Assembly (NCBI GenBank): GCA_030704615.1
Contig: CM060733.1
Location: forward strand, 38,626,001 to 38,690,000
From: Takakia lepidozioides
Taxonomy: Eukaryota > Plantae > Bryophyta
Direction of reading: 5' to 3'
Length of the DNA stretch: 64,000 bases
Position 1 is the stretch's first letter. Every line of letters begins with the position of its first letter. Both the position numbers and the translations under genes were made by a program. A model generated the notes under the pieces. It had not been told where the DNA came from. It saw only the letters and a list, made by a program, of their open reading frames with translations, and searched no databases. This document shows, piece by piece, positions 39,860 through 53,199 of the stretch.

Positions 39860-40766
39860 AGGCTGTGTTGAGCTGTGACAGCAAGGCTGTGTCCTACTGT
39901 GTTACGCTGTTGATAGGCTGTGATGGCACTGTGGTAGCTGTTATAGGCTGTGACACGCTTGTGGTAGGTTGTGATAGGCTGTGTTGCGCCGTGCTGGCTG
40001 TGATAGGCTGTGTNNNNNNNNNNNNNNNNNNNNNNNNNNNNNNNNNNNNNNNNNNNNNNNNNNNNNNNNNNNNNNNNNNNNNNNNNNNNNNNNNNNNNNN
40101 NNNNNNNNNNNNNNNNNNNNNNNNNNNNNNNNNNNNNNNNNNNNNNNNNNNNNNNNNNNNNNNNNNNNNNNNNNNNNNNNNNNNNNNNNNNNNNNNNNNN
40201 NNNNNNNNNNNNNNNNNNNNNNNNNNNNNNNNNNNNNNNNNNNNNNNNNNNNNNNNNNNNNNNNNNNNNNNNNNNNNNNNNNNNNNNNNNNNNNNNNNNN
40301 NNNNNNNNNNNNNNNNNNNNNNNNNNNNNNNNNNNNNNNNNNNNNNNNNNNNNNNNNNNNNNNNNNNNNNNNNNNNNNNNNNNNNNNNNNNNNNNNNNNN
40401 NNNNNNNNNNNNNNNNNNNNNNNNNNNNNNNNNNNNNNNNNNNNNNNNNNNNNNNNNNNNNNNNNNNNNNNNNNNNNNNNNNNNNNNNNNNNNNNNNNNN
40501 NNNNNNNNNNNNNTTGGCTGTGTCACGTCGTGACGGCTGTGGTAGGCTGTGTTGCGCCTTGCTGGGCTGTGGTTGGCTGTGTCACGCCGTGATGGGCTGT
40601 GGTAGGCTTGTGTTGCGCCTGCTGGGCTGTGATAGGCTGTGTCACGTCGTGATGGGCTGTGATAGGCTGTGTCACGCCGTGATGGGCTGTGATAGGCTGT
40701 GTCACGCGTGATGGGCTGTGATAGGCTGTGTCACGCCGTGATGGGCTGTGATAGGCTGTGTCACGT
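39860..40766. repeat. GGCTGTG-based minisatellite flanking the assembly gap
   Basis: Units such as GTGATGGGCTGTGATAGGCTGTGTCACGCC on both sides of the N run. Confidence 0.9.
40014..40513. other. Assembly gap (500 N)
   Basis: N run of round length. Confidence 1.
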
Positions 40767-43700
40767 TTGTTTTGCCCACCCTGGTCATATATGCTGGGCC
40801 TAGCGACAAGTGTTCCATACTCCGTTCGTAACACTGGTGCAGCCCGTGACTGCTCTTGCGGTTCAACATGCAAATCATGCTGCAGGGGTTTGTCATGGAT
40901 ACCACTGTACCCCTTCAACTTATTTGCATTGACTCTTCCCAGCATTTCTTTGTTAATGGTTTGTAACATGGCGGTGTTGTTATCATACATCTTTTGTATG
41001 ACATAAGGTCCTTTCCATGGTGATTTAAGCTTAGAAGCTTGAATCTTTCCTTTCTTCTGCAACCATAGAACCAAATCCCCCGTCTTAAAAGTCTTTAATT
41101 TGCCTTCATCAAACTGTTCCTTTCGCTTCATCTGAATTCTGGTCATATTATCAGCTGCATCAGCACGTACTTCTTCCACATGGTATAATTCATGTTTCCT
41201 GACCTTGATGGAGTCTTGCAATTCCATTCTTTTTCCCCACTCCGTTCTCATGGTAGGTAACAGGAATTCCACTGGAAGTAAGGCTTCCATACCATAAACT
41301 AATTGGAATGGTGTATACTTAGTGGTGACTTTATATGAAGTCCTGTATGACCACAAAGCTGTCAGCAGCTTTGTATCCCAATCCGTTCTGTTTGCATTGA
41401 CTATCTTAGCCAAGATAGTACATAGTATTTTGTTGGTAGCCTCTGCCTGTCCATTACCCTGTGGGTAATATGTTGTACTCTTTCTATGCACAATCATAAA
41501 CTCTTTAGTCAATAACTCAATGGTCTCATTCATGAAGTGACTTCCTTGATCACTGATAAATTCTAAGGGACATCCAAATCGTGTAAGTATGTTCTCGTAC
41601 AGGAACCTTGCTGTGGACTTGGCTGTGTTGTCCCTCAAAGCTTTAGCTTCCACCCACTTTGTAGTATAATCAGTGGCTGTAATTATGTACCTGTTTCGTG
41701 TATTCTTGGATGGTGGATTAATTGGTCCAACAAAGTCTAGTCCCCATTTCTGAAATGGTTCCGTAGGCATTGTAGGATGCAAGGCCATTCTTCCAGATCT
41801 CTGCAAAGGTCCTAGCCTCTGACATTCATCACACTTCTGACAATACTCATGTACATCTTTGAACAAAGTAGGCCACCAGTATCCTGCGAGTAGTATCTTT
41901 CTACTGGTAGTCTCTTCTCCAAAATGACCTCCAGCCACTCCTTTATGAACTTCCTCCAAGACTTTATTTACTTCATGGTGGTACAAGCATCGTTTTAGTA
42001 CTCCATCAGGTCCTAACTTATACATTCTGCTTCCTACCATAGTATAAGGTAAAGCTCTGATAGCGATTCTCTTCCTCTGCTCCTTACCATAACTAGGTGG
42101 GCACTGACCATGAGCAAGGTAGTATCTGATTGGCCACTGCCAATCTAACCATTCATCTGCACTTCCTTGCACCTCCATTACAAATAAACTCGCATCAGGT
42201 AACTGATCGTCCACTCCTGTGGCGGCCTCTCCTGTTGTTAGTCGTGACAAATGATCTGCCACAAGATGCAAACGGCCAGGCTTGTAAATAACCTCGAACT
42301 CAAACTCATGCAAGATTATTAACCACCTCGCTATCCTTCCACTTATCAAAGGTTTGTTCACCAGATATATCAGAGCCTGGTGATCCACATAAAACATAAA
42401 CTTTCTTCCCAATAGGTAATGCCTGAATTTCTTCACTGCATAGATCATTGCCAATGCTTCTCTTTCCGTTGTGCTATAGTTCCTCTCAGCACTGTTCATC
42501 AACCGGCTAGCATAGTACACAGGTGAATCTATATTCCCTGTAACATTCTGGGCTAACACCGCTCCCAACGCTTCTCCTGATGCATCGCAGTGAACATGAA
42601 ATACTACATGCCAGTGAGGGTTAATCAGCACAGGTGTAGTTGTTACTGACAGTGTAAGTTCCTCAAACGCCTGTTGACATTCAGCTGTCCAGGCAAACAC
42701 TGCATCTTTCTTCAGAAGCTTGCTCAATGGTGCTGCTATTTGTGCATACCTTTTGACAAATCTTCTGTAATAACTGGTTTGCCCAAGGAATCTCCTTAAA
42801 CTCTTAACATTCACTGGTGGTGGAGAGACTTTAATGGACTCTGTCTTCCTGGGATCCACAAGAAGTCCCTTCTTACACACAATGTGTCCCAGAAGCACCC
42901 CTGAGTTCACACAGAAAGTACACTTCTCTGGATTCAAGCCCAGACCTCTCATCCTGCATCTGGCCAGGCATAACTCCAATTTATGCAAGTGCTCATTCTT
43001 AGAGCTGTACACACTGAAATCATCCAAAAACACCTGCATGAAATCATCCAGATACTCATGAAAAGATTCACTTATCACTCTCTGAAAGGTCGCTGGTGCA
43101 TTACAAAGTCCAAAGGGCATGACTTTGTATGCATAAGCCCCCCAGTCTGTGATGAAAGCTGTTTTCCCTTGGTCTTCTTCTGCCACTTGCACTTGATTAT
43201 AACCACTGAAGCCATCCATGAATGAGTACATCTCATGGCCTGCCACAGTGTCTAATACTGCTTCTGTGAATGGCAAAGGGAAAGGATCTTTCTTCGTACA
43301 AGCATTCAGCTTCTTATAGTTCACACATACTCTTAGTTTGCCATTCTTCTTGGGAACTATAACAATGGGTGACAACCAAGTTGTATACTCTATTGGGTAT
43401 ATAAACTTAGCCTCAGCCAACTTCTTTATCTCTTCTCCAACCTTCTGTGCGTAGTTGGGATTCATTCTATACCTCGCCTGCTTGATTGGTACTGACCCTG
43501 GTTCCAGTTCAATTTATGCTGACAGACTTCAGGTGGTATCCCTTTTAGATCCTCATAGCTCCAAGCAAATACATCTCTGTATTTGATGAACAAGCTTTTA
43601 GCTTCTTCGAAGAATTCCGGCTCCAAATCAGCTCCTACTTTCACCATCCTCGGTTCCTCCTGAGTTCCCACATTTACTTCTCTCACCTGCTCATCAGCTG

Positions 43701-44661
43701 TGATTGTCCAACCAGTCACCACTTCATCCTGTAAGCTCACAGTGGCTGGTTCTTCTAGGATTTCTATTTCTCCTTCTCTTTCTTCATAGAAATGTGATGG
43801 GTAAATGCTGGTTTCCTCTTCAGTTGGTGTTGCTGTCACTACACCACAGCAGATACCTCTCAAACAACTTAGGCTTTCCAGCCGCATCTCTGCAACCTGC
43901 TCCCACTCTGGGTGTGCAGCAAATAGGGTAGCTTCCTGCTCCTCATCCAGTCCTCCTCTCCAGTCATACTCTCTGACTCCTCGAGGTCTTCTTGTAGCAG
44001 GTAATCTACTAGATTTCTTTGTGGTAATTTGTATCTCGTGTATCCCATTATGCACGGTTAGTAACTGAGAATTCCAGTCATGGAATACCCTGGCCTGTTT
44101 CAGCCACGGACGTCCCAATAATAAGGAGTAAGCCTCCATGACTTCATCCATTTTTAATACAGTTACTGTGATCATAAAGATCATTTTCTGTATCTGTATC
44201 TTAACTCCTCTTATTAATCCCAATGGCTGTACACTTCTTTGATCTGCCATTGTTACTGTAAATGGGGCTGGTTTCATGTTACTTAGACCAAGCTTCTTCC
44301 TTAATTGGTCTGTCATGATATTTACTCCAGAACCACCATCTATCAGTACATCAGTTAGTTCTGTGCTTCCAATTCTCAATTGGATTACTGGCATAGAATC
44401 ATCAAAGTCCATGACTGGTTCTCGCCCTTCCGGCTTCACATTATAACTGGTCACCTTGCTGTTCAGGTCTGTGTTTCCTGTCTCTTGGGCAATTCGATTG
44501 ATTGCCTGATACAGCCTGTGCCTACAATAAGGTGCCACAGCTAATAGCTGTCCAATGGTAATTTCTGCTTTGGTCTGACATATTACTGCAGCCAAAGTCT
44601 CTTCATTACTTTGCATGTCTGCATCTTTTTTTTTCCTTTCTTCCTCACTCCCTTCTCTCAT
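40523..44661 (-). pseudogene. Family B copy 1 pol (PR-RT-RNase H-INT), frameshifted
   Basis: LIDGGS protease (43462-44661); RT FLDDF, RNase H CDASG...EREALA...DH, integrase HHCC, WGLD/SDQG/AEATN and WKGPY (40523-43465). Frameshift near 43510. The ORF tail runs into the minisatellite. Confidence 0.93.
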
Positions 44662-46899
44662 CCGAATCAGAGGAATCTGCCACAGGAATATCAGTACTCT
44701 TTTGCATTTCCCTTATAGTATCTGCCACTTCCTTGTGCAGTTCCTTCTCATCTTTCCAAGTCTCTTCATCTTCAGGCATATCATTGCCACTTCCATTCTC
44801 ATCTTCTTCCTCTTCTACTGGAGGTATTAGTTTGGCTTTACTTCTTGTTACTATCATTGTACTTACTTCTGGTACAACACATGGCCTAACCATGTGAGCT
44901 GCCACCACTGGGCCCTCATTCACAGGAGCTCTCATCTCATTCTGGTGTCTTATCCAGAATGAACAGGCTGCCTTGCGATGTCCTGGCTGATTACAATAGT
45001 AACATAGCTCTTCACCATTGGGTCCTCGCCCTTGGTCTGTTCTTGGATTATTTCTATAATCCTGATTCCCGGGCTGGTAATTCCCCCTTGGATTACCCTG
45101 ATAGTTGCCTCTGGAATTTCCTTGGTAATTCCCTCTTGAATTACCTCTCCCTTCCATGCCATTGTTATAACCACCAGACCTACCATAGTGGTCCTGATCA
45201 TTGTTTCTTCTTGGCTGGGGCTGCACCTGATGCACCCTTACTTGCCTAGGTTCTCTTGCAGCTGTCCTTCTGTTGTAGTAACAATTCTCAGTAGAATGGT
45301 TATCCATTTTACAGATAGTACAGTGTTTCTCCTTCATGTGGCATTCTGTGGTGGTATGGCCTTCATTCTGGCACTTTGCACACCATACACCCTTCCTCCA
45401 ATGTGTTGCAGCCTCTGTGGCATACTTCTTCAAGATTTCTTCCAATTTTTTTTCATAGTTATCCCTCTTCAACTTCTCCTTTCTCTTACTCTTTCTTTTT
45501 AGTTCTTGCTCTTCTTCTTCATCTGACTCATCCTCAGAGTCCTCATCTTCTTTTTTCTCTCTCCTGAGCATTCCCAATTGCTCAATTCTGTTCGCAGTTT
45601 CAAATGCCTCCTCACTGTATTATGGGGTAACATATCCACTTTCTTTTGCAACTCTGGTCTTAATCCACTCACAAACCAAGTCTTCTGTAAACCGGGCGCT
45701 GGTACTGCAGCCAGCTTTTTCATCATCAATTCCATCTTCTCCATATACTCTTCAACAGTTTCATGCTTCTTCTGCTTCAGCTGTTGTAAACTTCCATACA
45801 CTTCATCCTCAGTTTTACTTGTCCTGAACCTATTTCGAAATGCTGTATTCAAGCCATTCCAGGTTAGGAAATGATTATCAGGGAATCTTGCATACCATTC
45901 ACTTGCTTTCTTGATAAGTGAACAAGGAAACAGTCTCATCTTGGCATCATCGCCATTCTCATTGTTCACTATACACATGTGCTCAAATTGGCTAATGTGT
46001 ACATCGGGATCCCATTTTCCTGAATATATTGGAAAGGGTGGTTTTGCCCGTGTTGGTTGTAACGCCATCTGTGGCCCTACCTTCTGCCCACTGACAGGTG
46101 CTGGCACCCTTGCTGGTGCTGGTCCTTCTGGACCTGTTGTTTTTGTGGTGGATCTTCCACCAAGTGGTGGCCCTTGAGCACTCCTTGCTTCTGGTCCCAC
46201 GATATTCACAGTATTCCCAGCTTCAGTTGCACTACTTCCCACACTCCCTGTCCCCCCAGAGCCAGATCCAGGCAGCCCGCCTGATCCCCCTGAGCCGACA
46301 CCTTCGTTGGCCTGTGATCCAAGTGCTCCACTTGATCCAGGTCCAACGGGTTGGGATGTCCTGGTTGTAGTCTCAACCTCAGCTGTTGGGTCTACTTCTT
46401 CATATTCTTCCTCTTCTAATTTCTTCTCTCTGTTTTCATCCTCCAAGTTCTGCCCTTGGGTTTCTTCTTCACTCATGTAACTCAACTGTAATGGTGTTGG
46501 AGAGTCTGAACTCTCCGTTGGCTCTGCCACATCCTCTTCTCCTTCTTCATCTTCTGCTTCAGAAACTGGAGTTCCTGCTTTTGGTGTTCCATGCCAACTC
46601 TTATCAAAGATTTCTGTCAAGTCTTTTATCCAAGGATGTACCTCAGATCTTTCACCTCGTGATTGATCTTCTTCCTGTACCAATTCCCTTAATCTTTCTT
46701 GCAAAGAAACAGAAGGAGTGGCATCCAACTCTAGTTCTTCCGGTATAGGTGATGCACTTTTTGATCTTGATGGTGTGAGAGGTCCAGATGATTCCCCTAT
46801 GTCTATTCCTCTCTCCCAAAGATATGGATAATTAGCTTTCAGATAGCTTTCTCTTTTTGATGAATATCTCTGTCGTCTAGCTTCTCTTTCATCACTCAT
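44645..46899 (-). pseudogene. Family B copy 1 gag, frameshifted
   Basis: Retrotransposon-gag core (DPDVHISQFE...LFPCSL...WY...QQLKQKKHETVEEY...FVSGL) and zinc knuckles CAKCQNEGHTTTEC, CTICKMDNHSTENC, CYYCNQPGHRKAAC. Frameshift near 45615. Confidence 0.92.
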
Positions 46900-46920
46900 G
46901 TCCCATGTCTTTCATTTCTT

Positions 46921-47615
46921 TTAATGTGGCAATAACCAAAACTCTCTTCTGTAATATCTCTCGTATATGCCTGGGTTTCTTTCAAGCTTCAATGCACCTT
47001 GGCTATACTTGAAGTCTCCGTTACCATATAACCATATGGCAAACAAGTCTGAAAAGCTGTTCTTGGTGTGAGTTTGATCCACAAAATATCCTTTGGAATC
47101 CAATTCTTTACCAGTACAAGCTCTTCATGCATATGAGTATAAACATTCACCTTTCTTTCTTCCCAGCCTTCAAACTCTACTCGTTTAATGGATAGCAACG
47201 CTATCACATAAACTAATGTTGGTAACCAACGTGCTCTTCCTCTACATGCTACCTGATAAATCTTTATCACTCCTTTCTCCAGACCCCATTCTGGATCAGC
47301 ATCATGCACTCGTTTAAGAATATTTTCTTTACATCCGTCTGGCAATTCCAAGAACCTTTGAAAGAATTGTTTGGACAATCTTTCTTCCTTCGTTCCACAG
47401 GGAATTTGATTCACTTCAAATTCTTTAATGGTCCAACCACCATGATCCCACCAGATGCCTGTCACATCTGGTTGTTCATGTCCCAGGTCCCCAGTATGGT
47501 CGCCAAATGTCGCGCTGCTTTTACTCACCCATCCCTTCGCTATCCGAGGCGGAAACTCCAAGATAGAAGAGTTGGAAATCTCTAAGTACTCAGCCCGCGC
47601 AGAACAATCAGTCAT
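46921..47615 (-). CDS. Extra ORF upstream of gag in family B (unknown function); 1-nt frameshift near the 3' end in this copy
   Basis: ORFs 46989-47615 and 46921-47103 match the uninterrupted ORF 48545-48895 in copy 2; the differences are mostly synonymous. Confidence 0.75.
47488..47505 (-). promoter_or_regulatory. Primer-binding site of family B (tRNA-Arg-like)
   Basis: Minus strand LTR...GCGACA-TT-TGGCGACCATACTGGGGA. The tRNA identity is inferred from resemblance to plant tRNA-Arg 3' ends. Confidence 0.8.
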
Positions 47616-48544
47616 GACCTACAGCTAGTGTATCATGGGGGTGTTTCCTATTTGTTTCCTTTTCCGCATTCATCTTAGCTACCTTTGGCATTGATAATTA
47701 AGTATCAGTTTGCTTCATCAATCTATCGGTTTCCTTCACTCATCCATTCAATCCACAGCTTCTCTCAGATCTCTCTACACAGTGTGATTGTATCGTATAA
47801 GTATCAGATTATGATTTATCAGGTATCAGGCCGAAGCCATTATGTCTCTAATCTGCTCTCCAATATCACTACAGCTTTGCATATAACAAGCATCTACTAA
47901 TCCTCTTTTCTCCTTCATCGTGCTCTCCATCTCTTGCCTCCGATCTCCGCTCCTGCCTGACTCCGAAGTCCTCCTCCGAATAATGATCATCCCCCTTCAT
48001 TCCCCGTTTCTCCCTTTATCCTCATATCCGCGGTTCTAACCGTTTCCCTCTCTAACCGTCGTCTGTGAACTAACATGTTCCCTTCACAGGTGTTGTTCCC
48101 CACAGTCGTTCCCTGTCCTACTCTTCGTTCCCTATTATCGTGACAGCTGTGTCAAGCGGTGACTGGCTGTGTTTGGCTGTGTCGGGCTGTGACTGGCTGT
48201 GTGGCTGTGCCGGGCTGTGTGGGCTGTGTCTGCTGTGACGACTGTGACGGGCTGTGTGGGCTGTGTCTGCTGTGACGACTGTGACGGGACTGTGTTGGCT
48301 GTGTGGGCTGTGACGACTGTGACGGCTGTGTTGGCTGTGTGGGCTGTGACGACTGTGACGGACTGTGTGGGCTGTGTGGGCTGTGACGACTGTGACGGGC
48401 TGTGTCGGCTGTGACGACTGTGTAACCCCCCTCTACAGTGCGCTGCTGTCACCCCTAAGGCTCCTGTTGGTCTCAGTCTGTGCAAAATTAAGGGTACCCT
48501 ACAGATCCCGTATAAGTGTCTAAGTCCCCTACAGTCCTCTAACA
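47508..48544 (-). mobile_element. 5' LTR of gypsy family B copy 1
   Basis: TGT...ACA termini, adjacent PBS, internal GGCTGTG tandem tract. Confidence 0.93.
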
Positions 48545-50848
48545 GTGATAAAGATTTATCAGGTGGCCTGTAGAGGAAGAGCACGTTGGTTACCAACATT
48601 GGTATATGTGATAGCATTGCTATCCATTAAGCGAGTAGAGTTTGAAGGCTGGGAGGAAAGAAAAGTGAATGTTTATACTCATATGCATGAAGAGCTTGTA
48701 CTGGTAAAGAATTGGATTCCAAATGATATTTTGTGGATCAAACTCACACCAAGAACAACTTTCGAGACTTGTTTGCCATATGGTTATATGGTAACGGAGA
48801 CTTCAAGTATAGCCAAGGGTGCATTGAAGCTTGAAAGAAACCTAGGCATATACGAGAGATATTACAGAAGAGAGTTTTGGTTATTGCCACATTAAAAAGA
48901 AATGAAAGACATGGGACATGAGTGATGAAAGAGAAGCTAGACGCCAGAGATATTCAGCAAAAAGAGAAAGCTATCTGAAAGCTAATTATCCATATCTTTG
49001 GGAGAGAGGAATAGACATAGGGGAATCATCTGGACCTCTCACACCATTAAGATCAAAGAGTACATCACCCATATCGGAAGAACTAGAGTTGGATGCCACT
49101 CCTTCTGTTTCTTTGCAAAAAAGATTAAGGGAATTGGTACGGGAAGAAGATCAATCACAAAGTGAAAGATCTGAGGTACATCCCTGGATAAAAGATATGA
49201 CAGAAATCTTTGATAAGAGTTGGCATGGAACACCAAAAGCAGGAACTCCAGTTTCTGAAGCGGAAGGTGAAGAAGGAGGAGAGGATGTGGCAGAGCCAAC
49301 GGAGAGTTCAGACTCTCCAACACCATTGCAGTTGAGTTACATGAGTGAAGAAGAAACCCAAGGGCAGAACTTGGAGGATGAAAACAGCGAGAAGAAATTA
49401 GAAGAGGAAGAATATGAAGAAGTAGACCCAACAGCTGAGGTTGAGACTACAACCAGGACATCCCAACCCGTTGGACCTGGATCAAGTGGAGCACTTGGAT
49501 CACAGGCCAACGAAGGTGTCGGCTCAGGGGGATCAGGCGGGCGGCCTGGATCTGGCTCTGGGGGGACAGGGAGTGTGGGAAGTAGTGCAACTGAAGCTGG
49601 GAATACTGTGAATATCGTGGGGCCAGTAGCAGGGAGTGCTCAAGGGCCACCACTTGGTGGAAGATCCACCACAAAAACAACAGGTCCAGAAGGACCAGCA
49701 CCAGCAAGGGTGCCAGTACCTATTAGTGGGCAGAAGGTAGGGCCACAGATGGCGTTACAACCAACACGGGCAAAACCACCCTTTCCAATATATTCAGGAA
49801 AAGGGGATCCTGATGTACACATTAGCCAATTTGAGCACATGTGTATAGTGAACAATGAGAATGGCGATGATGCCAAGATGAGATTGTTTCCTTGTTCACT
49901 TTTCAAGAAAGCAAGTGAATGGTATGCAAGGTTCCCTGATAATCATTTCCTAACCTGGAATGGCTTGAATACAGCATTCCAAAATAGGTTCAGGACAAGT
50001 AAAACTGAGGATGAAGTGTATGGAAGTTTACAACAGTTAAAGCAAAAGAAGCATAAAACTGTTGAGGAGTATATGGAAAAGATGGAATTGATGATGAAAA
50101 AGCTGGCTGCAGTACCAGCACCCGGTTTACAAAAGACTTGGTTTGTGAGTGGACTAAGACCAGAGTTGCAAAAGAAAGTGGATATGTTACCCCATAATAT
50201 AGTGGAGGAGGCATTTGAAACTGCAAACAAAATTGAGCAATTGGGAATGCTCAGAGAAAAGGGATGATGAGGACTCTGAGGATGAGTCAGATGAAGAAGA
50301 AGAGCAAGAACTAAAAAGGAAGAGTAAGAGAAAGGAGAAGTTGAAGAGGGATAACTATGAAAAAAGATTGGAAGAAATCTTGAAGAAGTATGCCACAGAG
50401 GCTGCAACACATTGGGGGAAGGGTGTATGGTGTGCAAAGTGCCAGAATGAAGGCCATACCACCACAGAATGCCACATGAAGGAGAAACATTGTACTATCT
50501 GTAAAATGGATAACCATTCTACTGAGAATTGTTACTACAACAGAAGGACAGCTGCAAGAGAACCTAGGCAAGTAAGGGTGCATCAGGTGCAGCCCCAGCC
50601 AAGAAGAAACAATGATCAGGACCACTATGGTAGGTCTGGTGGTTATAACAATGGCATGGAAGGGAGAGGTAATTCAAGAGGGAATTACCAAGGAAATTCC
50701 AGAGGCAACTATCAGGGTAATTCAAGGGGGAATTACCAGCCCGGGAATCAGGATTATAGAAATAATCCAAGAGCAGACCAAGGGCGAGGACCCAATGGTG
50801 AAGAACTATGTTACTATTGTAATCAGCCAGGACATCGCAAGGCAGCCT

Positions 50849-53176
50849 TGTAGTGTGAAAAGAAGGGGCGTGAATCCCCTTCTGTGCAAGTCTAGTTGTG
50901 CTCTTCCCTAGGTCAATCGGAGGGAAGGAAAGGAGCTCTCCCTCTCAGCTGATCCAACCATCGTCACTCGGTGTGGGTTTCCATCAGGTCCTTCGTGATC
51001 AGAGTTCGCACAATCCTCATCCACGCCGCAGCGGAAGAGAAGACATGGATGGGGAGTCTGTATTGTTTTCACCCGTGGTTCTACTTCTACACGACATCCT
51101 TTCCCTGATACACTGCACCAGCCATGTTACCATGCGGTCTTCAGTGATGCAACCAGCCCTACGTCAGTGATGACCACTGCCCTTGTGGGCAGCTCTCTTG
51201 GTCAACAATACGTGGAATCCCCTTTGTAACAAGATCACGATTTGGAAGGCGGCAACGCAGATCTGCCATGAGTTTGCAGGCCCACCAGTTTGGCCCTTCA
51301 TGGTTTCATGCTTTCTTTATCTTACCTCCCCAATCATCCATTCCTCATCATAACCTCTTGCTGGTCAACTCTCTCCCTTGTGTCCTTTTCTCTCTCCCTC
51401 TCTCTTTCTTTCAGGATAAGTGGGTTCCTCACTCTTTCCACTGTAACATGCCTATGATGCAATGCAATGCGCATTCAGCCAAGCATCCAGTGCACCCAGC
51501 ATTGAAATCAACCTTGGTCACACAAGATATAATCAGCCCTTTTATCAGTCCCTCTCTTGCCAATGACAGATGCTTCACACTCCACTTTTCCCAGGTATAA
51601 CCATTGCCCAAGACAGCTCTCAACCCTTCTACAGGTCTCAATTTACACACCCTGACAGCTCTCTTTTTCCCATCAGCTGTGAACCTCAGTGGTTCATGGG
51701 CTGAGAGCACTCTGAGAATCAGATCCAAACCCAAACAGATGCTGGTTTTTCTGCCCCATCCACATCATCCCTTCTTGTTGTTTCCAAACAGTTCTATCTA
51801 ACCCTCTCTGGTTTCCTCTACCTACTAAGCTAGTTCCACATTGGCTGCAATGTGTCAACATCCCAGGCTAGATTGTTTGTACAAGCTCATGACGTTGAAA
51901 CAAGGAACAAGAATACAACAACAGTAACCATTCTGTCCCAGCAACGAGTCTACCCTGTTTCCATTCATTTTCCTACTGTACAATGTAATAGCAGGTGCAT
52001 CCATCTCCAGCCCATCCTGATTTGAAGTCCAGTGTCTTCATTCCATTTACAAAGCTCTTTTTCTTCCTCACATGTCAGTGTCTCTTACTACATACAAGAG
52101 ACAGTTCAAACTTCACAAAGCGATTTCTAAGCAACCAAAAACCCAAAAAAGGGGGCCAACACTCCTCAAACTTATCTGTCTTATACTCCTTGAAGTGGTG
52201 GGTCTGCCTGTCAAGAAGGCACCTTATCCTCTCCCTCGTCAGCCATCTCCGACGTTTCTTCTTATCGTGATTCCAGTCCTCATTAAGGCATGACGGCTCT
52301 GCTTCAGCTGCTGGCACATCCTTGTGCCTGCCAACCTCTACCCTATCCTTCTACATGTGCATTTCCTCCCTATGAGGTGATCTGGTCCTACAGCCCTTAA
52401 GACAGAGAGCAGATACATAACTTATTTATAGATAGCTTAAGCGCCATACACACCAGAAGGCGGCACCGCTTCCTCTTGCACAGAAAGCCAAGCCAGATCC
52501 CTCAACGTCACTCTTTAAGGCAAGCTGATTCCCTTACAAAGTGATCTGGTCCTACAGCTCAAAAACAGACAGCAGCTACAAGATTTGATCACTGACAACC
52601 TGAGGCGATAATACACACCAGCCTGCATTTCTCATCCCCCAACACCTGCTGAGCCACTCCATCTCCTCATTAATGTGCTCACAAATACCATGGCGACAGC
52701 AGTGGTGCACCGCCCTTATCACAAACCCGATCCCTCAGGTTTGATCATTGCTTACGAAGAAGGCGGCACCGCTTCTTCTTGCACAGAAAGCCAAGCAGGA
52801 GCTCTTAACATTTCTCTTAAAAGCAAGCTGATACCCTTTGCGTAGGTGGAACCTTCTCAGATATCCTGTGCTGCCAACACCACTGCAGCAGCTGCGAAAA
52901 GATCCACGCACTCTTCCCCTTCGAATTTCACATCCCGCTTCTAGGGTTCAACATCATGGATGAAAATCATTCATCCTAGGGATGAAAAAGGTGCATGTCA
53001 TAACTTAGCCATATTTTGTTCTTGGCAGATAAATAGCATAGTCCTTCCATGGAATTACCTCAAGTTATGGTCAATTCCTCCCCTTCATTAGCACGAAGGG
53101 TACTCCCTTTGTAGTAGTGCCGAAACCTGATGCCAAACACAAACTTGAGATTTTTACTCCCTGCATTCACACTACA
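50849..53176 (-). repeat. 3' LTR of element C (2328 bp)
   Basis: Matches 59772-62090 at a constant offset of 8914, plus 9 extra terminal nt (50849-50857). Confidence 0.95.
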
Positions 53177-53199
53177 TATGTAGTGTGTCTCCTTTTTTT
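53168..53199 (-). promoter_or_regulatory. PPT (AAAAAAAGGAGA) followed by the 20-bp att-like palindrome CACACTACATATGTAGTGTG
   Basis: Purine run 53199-53188 on minus overlaps the integrase stop codon; palindrome at 53168-53187. Confidence 0.85.

Noticed and set aside
39865-40711. ORFs of 200+ aa spanning the gap
   Set aside because: Artefacts of the N run and the minisatellite.
50898-52317. Short ORFs in element C LTRs, duplicated at 59812-61231
   Set aside because: Their identity only reflects LTR identity; no motifs, mostly non-ATG starts.
53170-53185. CACTACA-TA-TGTAGTG as a minimal CACTA transposon
   Set aside because: No 3-bp TSD, and both halves are exact copies of element C's own termini; the similarity to CACTA TIRs is treated as coincidental.
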